64,000 nt of DNA. Source: Haliotis rufescens (lineage: Eukaryota). A program made the translations under genes and the position numbers. The stretch covers positions 5,394,001 to 5,458,000 of the forward strand of contig NW_025964013.1 in assembly GCF_023055435.1 (NCBI RefSeq), read 5' to 3'. Positions 38,706-52,121 of this stretch are shown piece by piece. Positions within the stretch are counted from its first letter, which is position 1, and the number at the start of each line of letters is the position of its first letter. The notes under the pieces were generated by a model. It was given only the letters and a program-made list of their open reading frames with translations, made no database searches and had not been told where the DNA came from.

Positions 38706-39219
38706 AACACTCATAAGCTGGAGACGATGTATTTAAACATTTTTATGCTGGCGAATTGCCAAAGTCGCATTTATATCATATTCCCAGTGTTGTGAACACA
38801 TTGTTCACAAGATCGGATTCGTTTCGCATTTGTCCCTATTAACGAGTAACGTGTCAAATACAAATCTCAACAACACGAGTTATCGCCCTTCTTTGAAGCA
38901 TGTTCTGTTATCAGAACAAGCCTGACAACACAATAACATATACATGGTACATATTTAGATGTGCGTAATATGCAATGCAGTCAATGATTTGAAGTGTGAC
39001 TATCTCCCAGGTGTTCAACTCATGATCAAGAATTGATTTTCTTGTTTGATTTATTTCTCGACATTTTTACATATTGTATTGTATTTTGTAATAGAAGCGT
39101 GTTATTATTTATATTTAACTTTGAAAAGCAATGATGCTCTAATCTGTATATATAAATATAACTTATTTGATTAAAATCTTAACTCATAATATTCTGAGTC
39201 TTTTCTTCATTGAACGTTT

Positions 39220-39495
39220 CGTGAGGAAAAATGGGGTTTAACGTTGCGTCCAATATCATTGCACTTATATAGCGATGTGTGCCTCTGTGCCTGTGTGCGT
39301 GCGCGCGCTATACCGGAAGTATGCTGAATTGAAAGTGCTAGGCCACTGAGATACCATGCTACAGTTTAACATGAAACCCCACTCAGACACAGTATACTGA
39401 TTCCTAGCCGACCAGTCCTTGTTTTAGCCCTTTAATGCGCCAGGCAGGGTAACAAGTACTATATTTTAATGTATTTTGGTATGATGCGGCCGGGG
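39220..39495 (-). mobile_element. Family C SINE, 5'-truncated
   Basis: Reverse complement of 10015-10300 (CACTCAGACACAGTATACTGA, GACCAGTCCTTGTTTTAGCCC). Confidence 0.8.
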
Positions 39496-40393
39496 AAGTG
39501 TCAGGTTAAGATTCAGTGAGTTTAAAAAGAAGATATCCCAACATCTCAACGTTATGAGATCGAAACTCAAAGAACGCAGATCATAGACGTTACGTCTCTG
39601 GTAAGGTTTGATATTCAGCTGCAAAATCTCTGATGTTGGATTCGGAAGAACGGTCAGCGAGCCAATAAGGTAACTCGGCACAACGAATGTGTCACCCTCA
39701 ATCACTCGGCAATCCCTGCTCTATGTTCAAGGCCACAAAGACATTGCCGTTTATCAGTTGTAACAGTGCTTACGTCGAATATAAACTACAAAGGACATTC
39801 ATATCTAAATACACAAAAGCTCACATATACATAAGTGTATGACCGTTGTTTTTCGCCCCAATCAGCAATGTCATAGCTATTTTGCGGGGGTCTGTTATGA
39901 TTAGTGAGTGACTGAATACATCAGCAACGACTTGTGGTCGTACGATGACACGTTTTGAACAGCCACCGAAACTGACCAGCCGATCCTCTCTTGTAGTTGC
40001 GGCCTCCTCCCGTGACGCGCATGGGAGGGAGGGGACTAATTCTTCCCTGAATCTCAACCGGAATGAATACATTAAGGGACACAAATAATGTTTAAAAACA
40101 AGTACAGTCCGTTTGATTCTATCTGAGACCGATGAATTGCTCACTAACTCAAAATCAATAATTGCAACAAAACCAAAATGTGCACAGCGACATGAATTGG
40201 ACAGACCAACTCTGATGGTTTGTCTCATAATTTTGGACAACCGAATAAAACAACTGTTCAACAAACGATCATCATATTGTTGACATTTATCGCCATCCCA
40301 CACCAGGGAGGACCAGTCGCTCATGGAGCAGCCAGGTAATGAACAACCATGTGCACCGTATATGGGGGTCATCTCAAAAGACGTTTTGGGTGT

Positions 40394-42948
40394 TCAATCT
40401 GAGTCACTGTTGCAGGTTTCTGAAGCCGTGACAGTGCATTCGGAATCGGTGTCGCTGTTGTCCGAATCGCTACCGCCGCTGTCCGAGTCTACCCTGATGA
40501 TCACTGGCTTGATTGTGGCATGGTCCAATCCACTATGATCCCAATATTGTCTCTCTATTTCATTCTCAACTTTCTCAACACACTTTTGCCACGTTTCCTG
40601 CGTGATGGTGTCTATTGATTGTTGAACCAGTTTCTGTACATCCCACAGTTTGAATGTTGTATTTTGCCTGGCAACATCCGATTTAATGGTACCCCAAATT
40701 AGTTCTATTGGGTTTAAATCGCAATGATAGGGCGGCAATCGCAAAACTGAATGGCCATGTTCTTTAAGATACTCGTCATCTTTAAAGACAGGTGAGGTTT
40801 TATTAGACTTTATAATATCATACAGAACAGGTTTCGTTGCCTTTTGTGGATACGGTATTGCTTTGTGTGTCAACCATTCTATCATATCATGGAGATGGAG
40901 ATGAAAAGGCCAAGGCACAAGTTGTAGTATTCTCAGTTGGAATATTGATGGATTGTACAAACACGCGAGCTCTTCATTTAGTGATTTTAAACAGTTCTGC
41001 AGTAGATGCGACATTATTAGTTTCTGTGAGTCGTTTGTTAAGCAGGAAGATGACTTGATCTATTGTCCGTTTTCAATCATTTAACTTTTGTCGACCTAAA
41101 CATAAACAACGTGGGCGTTACAGTAGTGGTGTAACCGTATTGGTGAAAGATAATTTAATCAAGAACAATCTTATTCGTCGAATATGTCATTCATTTATCG
41201 ACTGTGTTGTGTTGCACTTTCAAAGAAGTTATTTTGGATTACAAAAAAGATTCAGTTTCAATATGTGTTTATATCTCGCCTGAAAACTCCCCTGTTAATA
41301 ATGAGGCTAACATTGATCCAATAAGTCGTCTTGAGGGATATATTGAGACAATCAAAAATATCTATAACAATCATAACCCACTACTTGCTGGAGATTTCAA
41401 TGCAAGGATGCGTACATTTCTGGATTATATCCCAGCTGATGACCTCAACTTCATCCATGAGAACAGTGATGACTATCCAACTGCTGGGTTCGATATTCCC
41501 CGTAAAACAAAGGATGACACTCGACACAACAGTTACGGTGTCAAACGAGCAAAATTATGTTGCACACGTGATGTCCATGTACTAAACGGGCGGTTATTTG
41601 ATGATATGGATTAAAACTTGACTTGTATCACACATTAGAATGATTTTATTCCAGTTTGGATTTGGTTTTGTTTGGCTAAACCAAGACATTGGTAATATTC
41701 AACATTTCATGACATATTTTAAACGAAGATTTTACGACTGCCTCAATCAATATTGGCACTTTTCCCTGTCATCATCTACGAAATGCAATTACTACTCACA
41801 GTTCAATTCATTACTAAATGTGGAATCATATATTACTTGTGTTATGTCTTCTTACCAACGTAGACTTATAGCCATGTTCCGGTGTAATAATTTCAGACTT
41901 GCTGTTGAACTGGGGCGTCACAACAACATCCCATATAATGAACGTGTATGCACTTTCTGTTTTTCAAAGGGACATAACCATGCTGAAGATGAATTCCATG
42001 TTCTCATGATTTATGACCAGTATTCTAGAGCAAGAAGAAACTCTTTTCCCAAGCGTCTCGTTACCCCTCCCTCTATTGAGAATTTTATAAGACTTTTGTC
42101 AGCTGAAAACGAACAAATTATAAAAAAGCTTAGGTAAATTTCTCTCCCAAGTCATGAATATCGAAAGGAAACGGTAAATCATTATTAAATCTATTCAGCA
42201 TGCAAATATATATACAGTATATTTCCATTGTATTATGGGCCGGTGGCCTAAAGTATCGAATAAATTTATCTGTCTGTCTGTCTGTCATATCGCCCTTCCT
42301 ACTGTTAGACGTTGGGGCTTTTGTGTTAGGTACCTGAACGCCATGATATGGAGCATTGTCCATGACAACCAGACTCTTGGGGAGCAATACCGGTAGCAGT
42401 TGAGTTTTAACACATTCTAGGAATACCGCTCCGTTCATTTCGGTATGATAGTCTCGGTTGTCCTTGGATTTTGCCTTGAAGACTAGCGAACAGCCTGGTA
42501 GGAATCCCCGACTCTTGCAGCCAGCATGGAGCACAATAAGCCGCTCACCCTTGCCAAGTGGCAATTTCCTGCACAGAAATCAGAGGAGGAGCTAGGGAAC
42601 CATTGTGTTCCTGTGGTATGGGAAGCGTTTACCCACGTTTCGTCCAAGTATACGGGCTCATAACCCTCGTAACGTTTTTCTCGTATTGTGCGTAAGAAAT
42701 GGTTCCTTAGGCGAACAATCAGACCTCTCGCATAATGCATGTCTATTGTCGGAGCCTACTTTTTTGTAACGGAAACCAAATTGGTGTAGCAATTTCCATA
42801 ACTGATATTTTGAAATGGTCAAAGAATGATTTGTCTCCATATATGTTTTTAGAGTACGGAGAGATTCATAGATATTTTGTTTATACAGAGTCTTAATGGC
42901 GTTTCTAACCATCTCTTGTTGAAATGAATCGACTTTAAAACATCGCAT
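40394..42948 (-). pseudogene. IS630/Tc1-superfamily transposase, DD83E (Sailor-like), split by a LINE
   Basis: PVYLDETWVN, GKGERLIVLHAG, DYHTEMNG, VMDNAPYH...KGDM | IEWL...LRLPPYHCDLNPIELIW. There are 83 residues between the second D and E after removing the insertion. Frameshifts are present; TIRs were not identified. Confidence 0.85.
40889..42284 (+). mobile_element. RTE-X-like LINE lacking its RT domain
   Basis: 7-bp TSD TCATATC at 40882-40888 and 42285-42291. APE motifs LSWNIDGL, VYISPENS and AGDFNAR. Near 41630 it jumps to the C-terminus GFGFVWLNQ..FRCNNFRLAVELGR..RVCTFC..EDEFH. AATAAA and a (TCTG)n tail follow. Confidence 0.85.
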
Positions 42949-43321
42949 GGGTTTTGAGATGGTCCCCTCAGGTGTGTCACTGCAGGTTGAAGAAAGTGGA
43001 GCCTCGGTCCTAAATTAAATATTAAAACACCTGGCTGAAGTTATTAGTAAGTTGATAGCAGTATTCAGACACATCCTAGAACATCGATATGTATCTGGTA
43101 TCGCCATGTATTCCCGCTCAAAACAAGAACAAGACTACGTAGTATTCCGGAGACTATGAACGGGGTGGGGGTCCGGCATTTATGGGGAGGTGGATATTTG
43201 GTAGAGACAGAAAACGGTTCGGGAAAAACCAGACACTGAACTATAAATGTACTGGTTTTGGGAACAGAATCAAATTTTCAGGGTGGTTACTTTGTCCCCC
43301 GTCATGTGTGTACTCGTCATA

Positions 43322-45365
43322 TGACTGTTTACAAAGATGTCCTATTGACCACCTGACTGTCTCCAAAGATGTCCTACTGAACATCCGACTGTCTACAAAG
43401 ATGTCCTACTTACCACCCGACTGTCTACAAAGATGTCCTACTGACCACCCGACTGTCTACAAAGATGTCCTACTGACCACCCGACTGTCTCCAAAGATGT
43501 CCTACTGAACATCCGACTGTCTACAAAGATGTCCTACTGACCACCCGACTGTCTACAAAGATGTCCTACTGTCCACCTGGTTGTCAACAAAGATGTCCTA
43601 CTGACCACTCGACTGTCTACAAAGATATCCTACCGACCACCTGACTGTCTACAATGATGTCTTACTGACCACCTGACTGTCTACAAAGATGTCCTACTGA
43701 CCACCTGGCTGTCTACAAAGATGACCTATTGACCATCTGACTGTCTACAAAGATGTCCTACTGACCACCTGGCTGTCTACAAAGATGTCCTGCTGTCCAA
43801 ATCACTGTCTACAAATATGTCCTGCTGTCCAACTCACTGTCTACAAAGATGACCTACTGACCACCTGACTGTCTACAAAGATATCCTACCGACAACCTGG
43901 CTGTCTACAAAGATATCCTGCTGACCACCTGACTGTCTACAAAGATATACTGCTGACCACCTGACTGTCTACAAAGATGTCCTACTGACCACCTGACTGT
44001 CTACAAAGATGTCCTGCTGTCCACCTGACTGTCTACAAAGATCAAAGATATCCTACTGTCCACCTGGTTGTCCACAAAGATATCCCACTGACCACCTGGC
44101 TGTCTACAAAGATATCCTTCTGACCACCTGGCTGTCTACAAAGATATCCTTCTGACCACCTGACCGTCTACAAAGATATCCCACTGTCCACCTGGTTGTC
44201 CACAAAGATATCCTACTGACCACATATGGCTGTCTACAAAGATATCCTTCTGACCACCTGGCTGTCTACAAAGGTATCCTTCTGACCACCTGACCGTCTA
44301 CAAAGATGTCCTGCTGTCCACCTGACCGTCTACAAAGATATCCTACTGACCACATGGCTGTCTACAAAGATATCCTTCTGTCCACCTGGCTGTCTACAAA
44401 GATATCCTACTGTCCACCTGGCTGTCTACAAAGATATCCTACTGTCCACCTGACCGTCTACAAAGATATCCTACTGACCACATGGCTGTCTACAAAGATA
44501 TCCTTCTGTCCACCTGGCTGTCTACAAAGATATCCTACTGTCCACCTGGTTGTCCACATAGATATCCCACTGTCCACCTGGTTGTCCACAAAGATATCCT
44601 ACTGACCACATGGCTGTCTACAAAGATATCCTTCTGACCACCTGGCTGTCTACAAAGGTATCCTTCTGACTACCTGACCGTCTACAAAGATGTCCTGCTG
44701 TCCACCTGACCGTCTACAAAGATATCCTACTGACCACATGGCTGTCTACAAAGATATCCTTCTGTCCACCTGGCTGTCTACAAAGATATCCTACTGTCCA
44801 CCTGGCTATCTACAAAGATATCCTACTGTCCACCTGACCGTCTACAAAGATATCCTACTGACCACATGGCTGTCTACAAAGATATCCTTCTGTCCACCTG
44901 ACTGTCTACAAATATGTCCTTCTGACCACCTGGCTGTCTACAAAGATATCCTACTGTCCACCTGGTTGTCCACAAAGATATCCCACTGTCCACCTGGTTG
45001 TCCACAAAGATATCCTACTGACCACATGGCTGTCTACAAAGGTATCCTTCTGACTACCTGACCGTCTACAAAGATGTCCTGCTGTCCACCTGACCGTCTA
45101 CAAAGATATCCTACTGACCACATGGCTGTCTACAAAGATATCCTTCTGTCCACCTGGCTGTCTACAAAGATATCCTACAGACCACCTGACTGTCTACAAA
45201 GATGTCTGACTGGCTACAAAGATGTCCGCCTGTCCACCTGACTGTCTACAAAGACGTCCTACTGACCACCTGGCTGTCTACAAAGATGTCCTGCTGTCCA
45301 AGTCACTGTCTACAAATATGTCCTGCTGTCCAACTCACTGTCTACGCAGATGTCCTGCTGTCCAC
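43322..45365. repeat. 32-bp minisatellite, about 64 copies, with 384-bp higher-order repeat
   Basis: Unit GACTGTCTACAAAGATGTCCTACTGACCACCT. An identical variant block starts at 44306, 44690 and 45074. Confidence 0.95.
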
Positions 45366-46055
45366 CTGTGCTTCGGCGACCACAGACAACGTTAAAAAAA
45401 AAAGCTTCAATCTCCTGATGAATCACTGGTGACACTTTGATTACATTGCAAATCTGTGCAACACTAAAACAACAGAATGGTAATGAACTGTCAATGAAAA
45501 TATCAGGCTGAATTACCAGGTGAGCTACAGCACCGTCGGCCATTATTATTCATCTGCAAAATAAAGGTGTAAAATTGCTCGAAAATACCGATCCATTATC
45601 ATAGCGATATGTTTGTTAATGGCATTCATATTTATCATATATTACGATAATATATTTAATAAATGCAAGTGAGTGAAAATGTCTTTCAAGATGGTGGCAA
45701 ATATAACTATATAATCAACATTAAAATATCTATATGCAGAGCCATATTAAAGAAAAAGCGTAGATCTAAATGTGAGGTTCATTCACGTGAGCTATCACCA
45801 CTCATGATGGCAACCCTGTCAAAAAGAACGTCCCCGTTCGTGTTCACTTGATCAAGACTTAGTGTCTTATCTTATCGTGATATCAAAGGGCACCTGCACT
45901 GAGAAACGAATATATACCACCACCCGACACGACTGGTCTTGGGACTATTTTAGTCATCTGAATCGTGAGACTTGGATGTTGCCGAAGTCAAGTTAGCAGA
46001 AATTGTCATGGATAATCCTTAAAACTGGTTTCAAGTCATCAGTTCCATGTTCACT

Positions 46056-47731
46056 CTACTCATGTTCAACCTCATTCGTTGTGACCGAGGGCTCCACAGT
46101 GGTGGTCGCCTTCTCCATGTCTTCCTCCGGAGTCACCTCTTCTCCCTTGGTCTCATCGGGCCCGGACCCAGGAGGAGGAAACAGCGGCTGTGTCATTGCT
46201 CTGTAGATGGCTAATGCGATCTTCACAAGGAAAGCCACCACAGTCAGCGCCAACAGGACAAAGATAAAGATAGTATTAGCGTCAAGCAAATTATAGCCTC
46301 TTGCAATGATGCCCACAAACGCCCAGATGACGACAGGATAGGGCGTGAAGGTGTAGCGGGTATACTTGTCAAATACGGAGAGGTCGACGACCACGTAGAT
46401 GATGATGACAGCAGCCAGGAAGCCGAGAGCAATGGTTGAGGCAGTACCCGGGTCAATTGGGGGCAGAGACTGGTAGGTGATGACGATGGCCATGTTGATG
46501 AAGGTGGCCACAGTTGTCCATGCGGCGTACAGGGCCAGACCATTGTGGACAAATATAGAGATGAGGACAATATCTACCCTCCGACTTTGATTGGACAGGA
46601 TGAACCTGTTCTTGTACATAGCTAGGTAGGACAGGCCGAGGCAGATGTAGAGAGTGACTGAGATGCCAGCCAGAACCACGAATGCCAGTCCTATTAACTC
46701 TCGGTCGAACATGAACAACCAGAACACATTGAGGACGAGGCTGAGGATGTAGATGCCGAAGAATGCTGTCGTCAGGAGGATCGGTTTCAGAAAGAGGGGT
46801 TCCCCCGAGGCCGACTTCCGGCAGAGAAGGGTCAGCTCGTAGATGATCCACACGAGCTGCCAGACGTATATCAGGCCCCAGATGATGAATGTGAAGCCGG
46901 CGGGGGTTATTTGTGAGATGAACCGGTCAGAGATTGCGGCAGTTGTGGTCAGAAACACGAAAGCACCTGAAATTGAGGTATATTGGTTACAATCAAAGTG
47001 ATATAAGGAACGTATTTACGTGTTTCTTTGATGATGTAATTAATTACATATCACTAGTAAATCATATAACATACATTATGTCTGTAAAGGTTTGGCCCAT
47101 TTGTAAAAGACTAATATTGAATATATGAACACAAGGTAGCAAGAGGCAGAAGTAGGTCTACTAGATCGTGCTTCACAACTGCATGGCACTGACATCTTAA
47201 TGTGGAAGAAAATCCAAAACTGACAAAAGCCAAAAAAGTAAACGGCCGGGGAACAAAAATTCAGCACCTGAAAATTGGATTTGATAAAAAATTATAAACG
47301 TTATCCAAACGCTGCTGGGCATCGAGTCGCCGCAACACTGCCAACATGTCCGAAACAAAACTGTAATACCCTGTCATATACATCATCGTCGAATAACCAT
47401 TTGTTGTTTGTGTCAGCTTTAGCCACCATCAAATATTGGTGTATACTTTCTTTTGCCCAGCAGTTTCGTAGACCACACACTTTTTGTCCCGCGGTTGCAG
47501 TTCTAACAGACCACAGATCAAGATGAGGTCGAATTTGGAATTGGAACCAATGAACATCGGATCCCGCCAGGCCTAGGACGCAACTCTGCACCCTGCTCAC
47601 ATGCCCTGTTGTGATGCCCCATGTTTACCTGTGCCTGGGAGACCGGCGAGGATGTTGAAGATCACTGTCACCAAAAACACCGGAAGCACCAGAATGGCGA
47701 AGGCTTGGAGGAGAGTGGTCTTGTTCACCAT
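46056..47731 (-). CDS. Paralogue 5: TspO-like 8-TM membrane protein, 337 aa, acidic C-terminal tail
   Basis: Exons 47731-47629 (MVNKTTLLQAFAILVLPVFLVTVIFNILAGLPGT, G|GTAAAC) and 46966-46056 (TTTCAG|), phase 1. Motifs QITPAGFTFIIWGLIYVWQ, LNVFW and NGLALYAAWTTVATFIN. Upstream acceptor at 47742. Confidence 0.92.
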
Positions 47732-48189
47732 CTTCAGTCTACTGTATAACACAGAGAGTATCAAATACACATCAAATACTCACAACTGATTTGAAATACA
47801 ATTACATGCAGCCGCCATATATTTCCATGTTTGGACTAATCACAGTTGACCTAATTCGTTTTCATAAAAACGTTGAGGCTGTGTTTACGTTTCTCATTTT
47901 CATCCAAACATTAAACAGCGAAATAACTATCAAAATCTAAACCAGTTTGTATTTACCTTGAACAGCATGCAACGTACCCTGTAGTTGTAGACCTAACCAG
48001 ATATAATACTTTTCGACTCATTAATATATTCTTCCAGTCACCCCCTCCCCTGAAGCCGAACACAGGACACCTCCGTGGTCCAGTGGATAGAGCATTTGCC
48101 CAGTTCCCTGATTGTGTAATGCGACAGGACTTTAACAGATGTACTTGTTTTACCCTGCCATACAACATACCCTTAAAGACATACAACAA

Positions 48190-48285
48190 GTCTGAGGTCT
48201 GAGTAGAGGATCCATGTTAAACTGCGGTGTGGTATCTCAGTGGGTTTGCACCATAACACTGGCATAAGTCCGGACTAGTACAAAC
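48190..48285 (+). mobile_element. Family C SINE internal fragment
   Basis: CATGTTAAACTGCGG.GTGGTATCTCAGTG...AGTCCGGACTAGTACAA. Confidence 0.7.
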
Positions 48286-48319
48286 GACAACAAATATTGT
48301 TATGTTTTCAAGTACTATG

Positions 48320-50175
48320 AAGGTTCACATTTGATCAGTCAGTTAGTAATATACTGTGAGAAATGGAAACTTAATGTTAATATGGATAAAACTGGTCTTT
48401 CGAAGGAAACAATTGTAACTGTCACATTATATAAATACCTTGGGGTTTCATTTTCAAGCAAGTTATCCAGGAATACTAGTGTACTTGTCATGCAGCACCG
48501 TAAGCTTAGAAAATATTATTAAGAATATTACAAAATTTAAAAACCGGAGTGATCTTTCTAATAACACATTATTAAAGATAAACGATGTAAAACTATGTGC
48601 TATACTTTTTAATTATGCCTCAAAGTGAGATTGACCAATCAGAGAGCAGAACGACTAACCCCCATATGAGCCCGTATACCGTCAGTAACAGCCATTTTAG
48701 ATTTTGCAAAACCTGCCTGATATATTTCACATGAAAATTCTGGTACAGAAATTCTTTATTCGACACTGTCTTTTGTTTTACTATCATAAATTGTGATGCA
48801 CAAGGACATTTGTGTTTAAAGAAACCACGTTCGTGACTTTATTAATAAACAGTATAAAGAAAAAAAAATTACAACGGAGGTCACTGAGTTACAAATAGCA
48901 TAAACATAATATTGGATGACGTCACAATCAAGAAACGTGACGCCAATGACTTCACATAGCAATAGAATTGATAGCAGCCCGTCGTTAGAGGTAAGCGGAC
49001 TGCTGTAAGTTACAGTTGCCCGCAGATTTCTGTTAACATGCGAGTATTTTTATGAAAATTCGATACATTTTACCTATAAAACTTGTTTAAACATTCACAT
49101 AATATCTTCCATTGTTAACGTTTATGTTTACATTAAATCGGAAACATATGAACTGGTCCTGTCGTTTGTACCGGTTGTACGTTTTGACTTGACATGTGCC
49201 ATAAAGATACCAAATAGTGTACACTTTTCGGAAACATATGGCCAAATATTTTTCTTCTAACCCAATATAACACCGTATACGGCCACTAAAGACCCAATAA
49301 CTAATGATATGGCTCAGAGATACGGGGCTTCTATGGGTACAGGGCGATTGGACTAGTACACTTGTATGCATGTAAAAGATTTCTTGGTGTCAAACAGTGT
49401 ACTGTGTACAGTGTAGTGTTATGATCTATGGCGAAAGTGGGCGGGTACCTTTTTGTGTTTCAGTACATTAGAATAAATAAAATCTTGGTTTAAAATTTTA
49501 AATATGCCTTTTACAGATTGACAAGAAAATGTGAAAATATGATGTTGTTATATTAAAGCCATGGAGTTCAAAATTTGGTTTATTAATATGTAAAACGTTT
49601 GTTAAACGAATGTGGATACAGTTATGTATGGAATGAACAATGTGTACCAGAAAGCCCAGATAAAGTATTGTTGTCCATTAGGCAAACACTTAAAGATATA
49701 TACCTTCACAAAAACGCTTTCTATTGTAGACTCTTCTAGTAAATGTAATTGCAATAAGTTTTTAAAATCTCATACACACACCAGCTTATTTATTTATTTC
49801 AATCTTAGAAAATATAGAATTACATAATTTCGATGAAATTCCCACAAACTAATTGAATGTACACAATTAAGATTTTGTAATCAGTGTAATCCAGATCTTA
49901 TTGAAGATGGATATCACTTCCTGTTAATTTTCCATACATGTCATAATCTAAGAAGTCTGTACTTAAAAAATGAGAGCTTTTTGTGTACCAGTACCACAGA
50001 CTTGTCACTCTAAAAGCTTCAGTTAAACTTGATGTCATACGCAATTTGTCAATATATATATCATGCTATGTCTGTTAGAAATAAGTTTATGTTGTATAAA
50101 ACTGCTTCCTAAACGCTGTATACTATGGGCCTGTGGCCTCACAGTTTTGAACGAATAAATTATCTATCTATCTAA
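48320..50175 (+). mobile_element. Decayed RTE-X-like LINE, interrupted at about 48630-49500
   Basis: YCEKWKLNVNMDKT, YKYLGVSFS and RFCNQCNPDLIEDGYHFLL. Its 3' end TATGGGCCTGTGGCCT...GAATAAATTATCTATCT parallels 42234-42284. Confidence 0.7.
48630..49360. mobile_element. Possible non-autonomous DNA element inside the LINE remnant
   Basis: Imperfect inverted motifs CCAATC..CCCATATGAGCCCGTAT and ATACGGGGCTTCTATGGG..GATTGG. The ends are not resolved. Confidence 0.3.
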
Positions 50176-50889
50176 CTGAAAAAGTTAAAAATACCAATAA
50201 ATTTAAGACCACGCGAGCAGGCGTTGATGATGTCAACTGTTTGGTGTGACACCACGTCCTGCTACACCTGTACCGTGTCTTAAAGTGTGACCTTACATCA
50301 GTGTTAACTGGTTTCAATGAGTCGATGTCTAATTCTACGGTTCGTTAAGTTTAGATTTGATGATAATGCGTTTGGATGACGTTCAAGTCCCGATGGCGCC
50401 GATGACTGAACGAGGCAGAGACGAGGATCACCCAACTCGTATCTTCTCAATAGTTGTCGCTGATCCCCAGGCGCTTGTGTGTACTAGAACGAATTCTGTT
50501 CATTTTCAGTACCATTTACACATCTGTAATATTCAATAAAAAGAAACAGGTGCTTACCTTTTGTGTTATAATCAAGCATTGAAGGTACCGGAGAAAGCCG
50601 GACTCAGTCAGTTGGTAAACGTGACGTGCCTCTCAAACGTGCTATGCGGGGTTACTGTATATGTGTAATTCGTATCCCTCGTTAAGCATCGCCTCGGTAC
50701 ATTACAAACATTCATGTCACAATCAACTCGAAATCCACAGTAAATCACAACGTACAGTGTTTTATGACGAAAGCACTATTATAGTAGTTGTTTATAAAAC
50801 CATAAATACTCATGTGCGTCGTAGTGAAAATTACATTGTCTAAATCTGTTGGATTTTGTTAAATGGAAATAATAACGTCAATATTTTGT

Positions 50890-51375
50890 AGTACAGATGA
50901 TATTGGCGTCAACGGTTTCCAGTACAGATAATGTTGACTGTCAATGTTTTCTTGTACAGATACTATGGACCGTTAATGTTTTCTTGTACAGATAATATAG
51001 ACCGTTAATGATATCTAGTACAGATAATATAGACCGTTAATGTTATCTAGTACAGATAATATAGACCGTTAATGTTATCTAGTACAGATAATAAAGACCG
51101 TCAGTCTTTTCTTTTACAGATAATATGGACCGTCAGTGGTATCTTACAGAGATACTTTGGACCGTCAATGTTTTCTCGTACAGATAATATGGACAATCCA
51201 TGTTTTCTAGTACATATGATATAGACCGTCAATGTTTTCTCGTACAGATAATATGGACAATCCATGTTTTCTAGTACATATAATATAGACCGTCAATGTT
51301 TCCAGTACAGATACTATGGACCGTCAGTGTGTTCTTGTACAGATAGTATGGACTGTCAATGTTTTATTGTACAGA
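50890..51375. repeat. 32-bp minisatellite, about 15 diverged copies
   Basis: Unit GTACAGATAATATAGACCGTTAATGTTATCTA. Confidence 0.9.
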
Positions 51376-52121
51376 ACATATCACAATACGATTTCAAAAA
51401 CAGGTCAAGCAAGTGTAGCACGCAAGGCACATCGCTGGCCCTGGACTTTCGCATGACGTGAATGTCTACCATACGTGCTCGGCATCAAGTATGTTACTGA
51501 TGTTGGTATGTATATCTATATTTTGCTCTGATTCACCTCAACTTCCACATCTGAGAAAATCAACGCCCAGCAAACTTACTAACATAACAAGAAACTGTAT
51601 CGGAGGGGCAGTACTACTGAAGCAGAAAGATTCCTGTTATAGAGAAAAAAAACACGGGACTCTGTTGATCCTGAAGATGAATCATCTAGCCTTTTTCATA
51701 TTCGAGTCATTCCCCCCATGGTTGATTCATAATTTCTGTATGTTTCTGCATACAGACCTATAGCTGCGTTAGTTTTATGTGTTAGAATACACGTTCGGAA
51801 TGGCCAATGAGTTCCTGGCTCAGAATCAGCTGCATCAACAATAACGAGATGTCGACATTATGTTTAATTCAGGCGAGATCCATGGCATGACAGTTTATCC
51901 AGCGTTTGGCATCACCTGACAGACGCAGTCCTACCGTCACAGATCTAACGTTGATGATTGGTCGATGAAATTATCCCCGGGATAGGCGGTGTCACCTGTT
52001 TATACCATAGCACTCGGCAGCCACGAGGTTCTATCTATCTTCAATCTTCATGACAATTCATTGTGTGAGGTAAGCCATAGTTCATTGATACAATTTGCAA
52101 CATCTGTGTACACTGTATACA

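Noticed and set aside
39820-43320. TIRs of the Sailor-like element
   Set aside because: No convincing inverted match was found by eye at either candidate end.
43182-45432. Cys/Pro-rich ORFs, and similar ORFs at 54568-55244
   Set aside because: Translations of 32-bp and 40-bp minisatellites.
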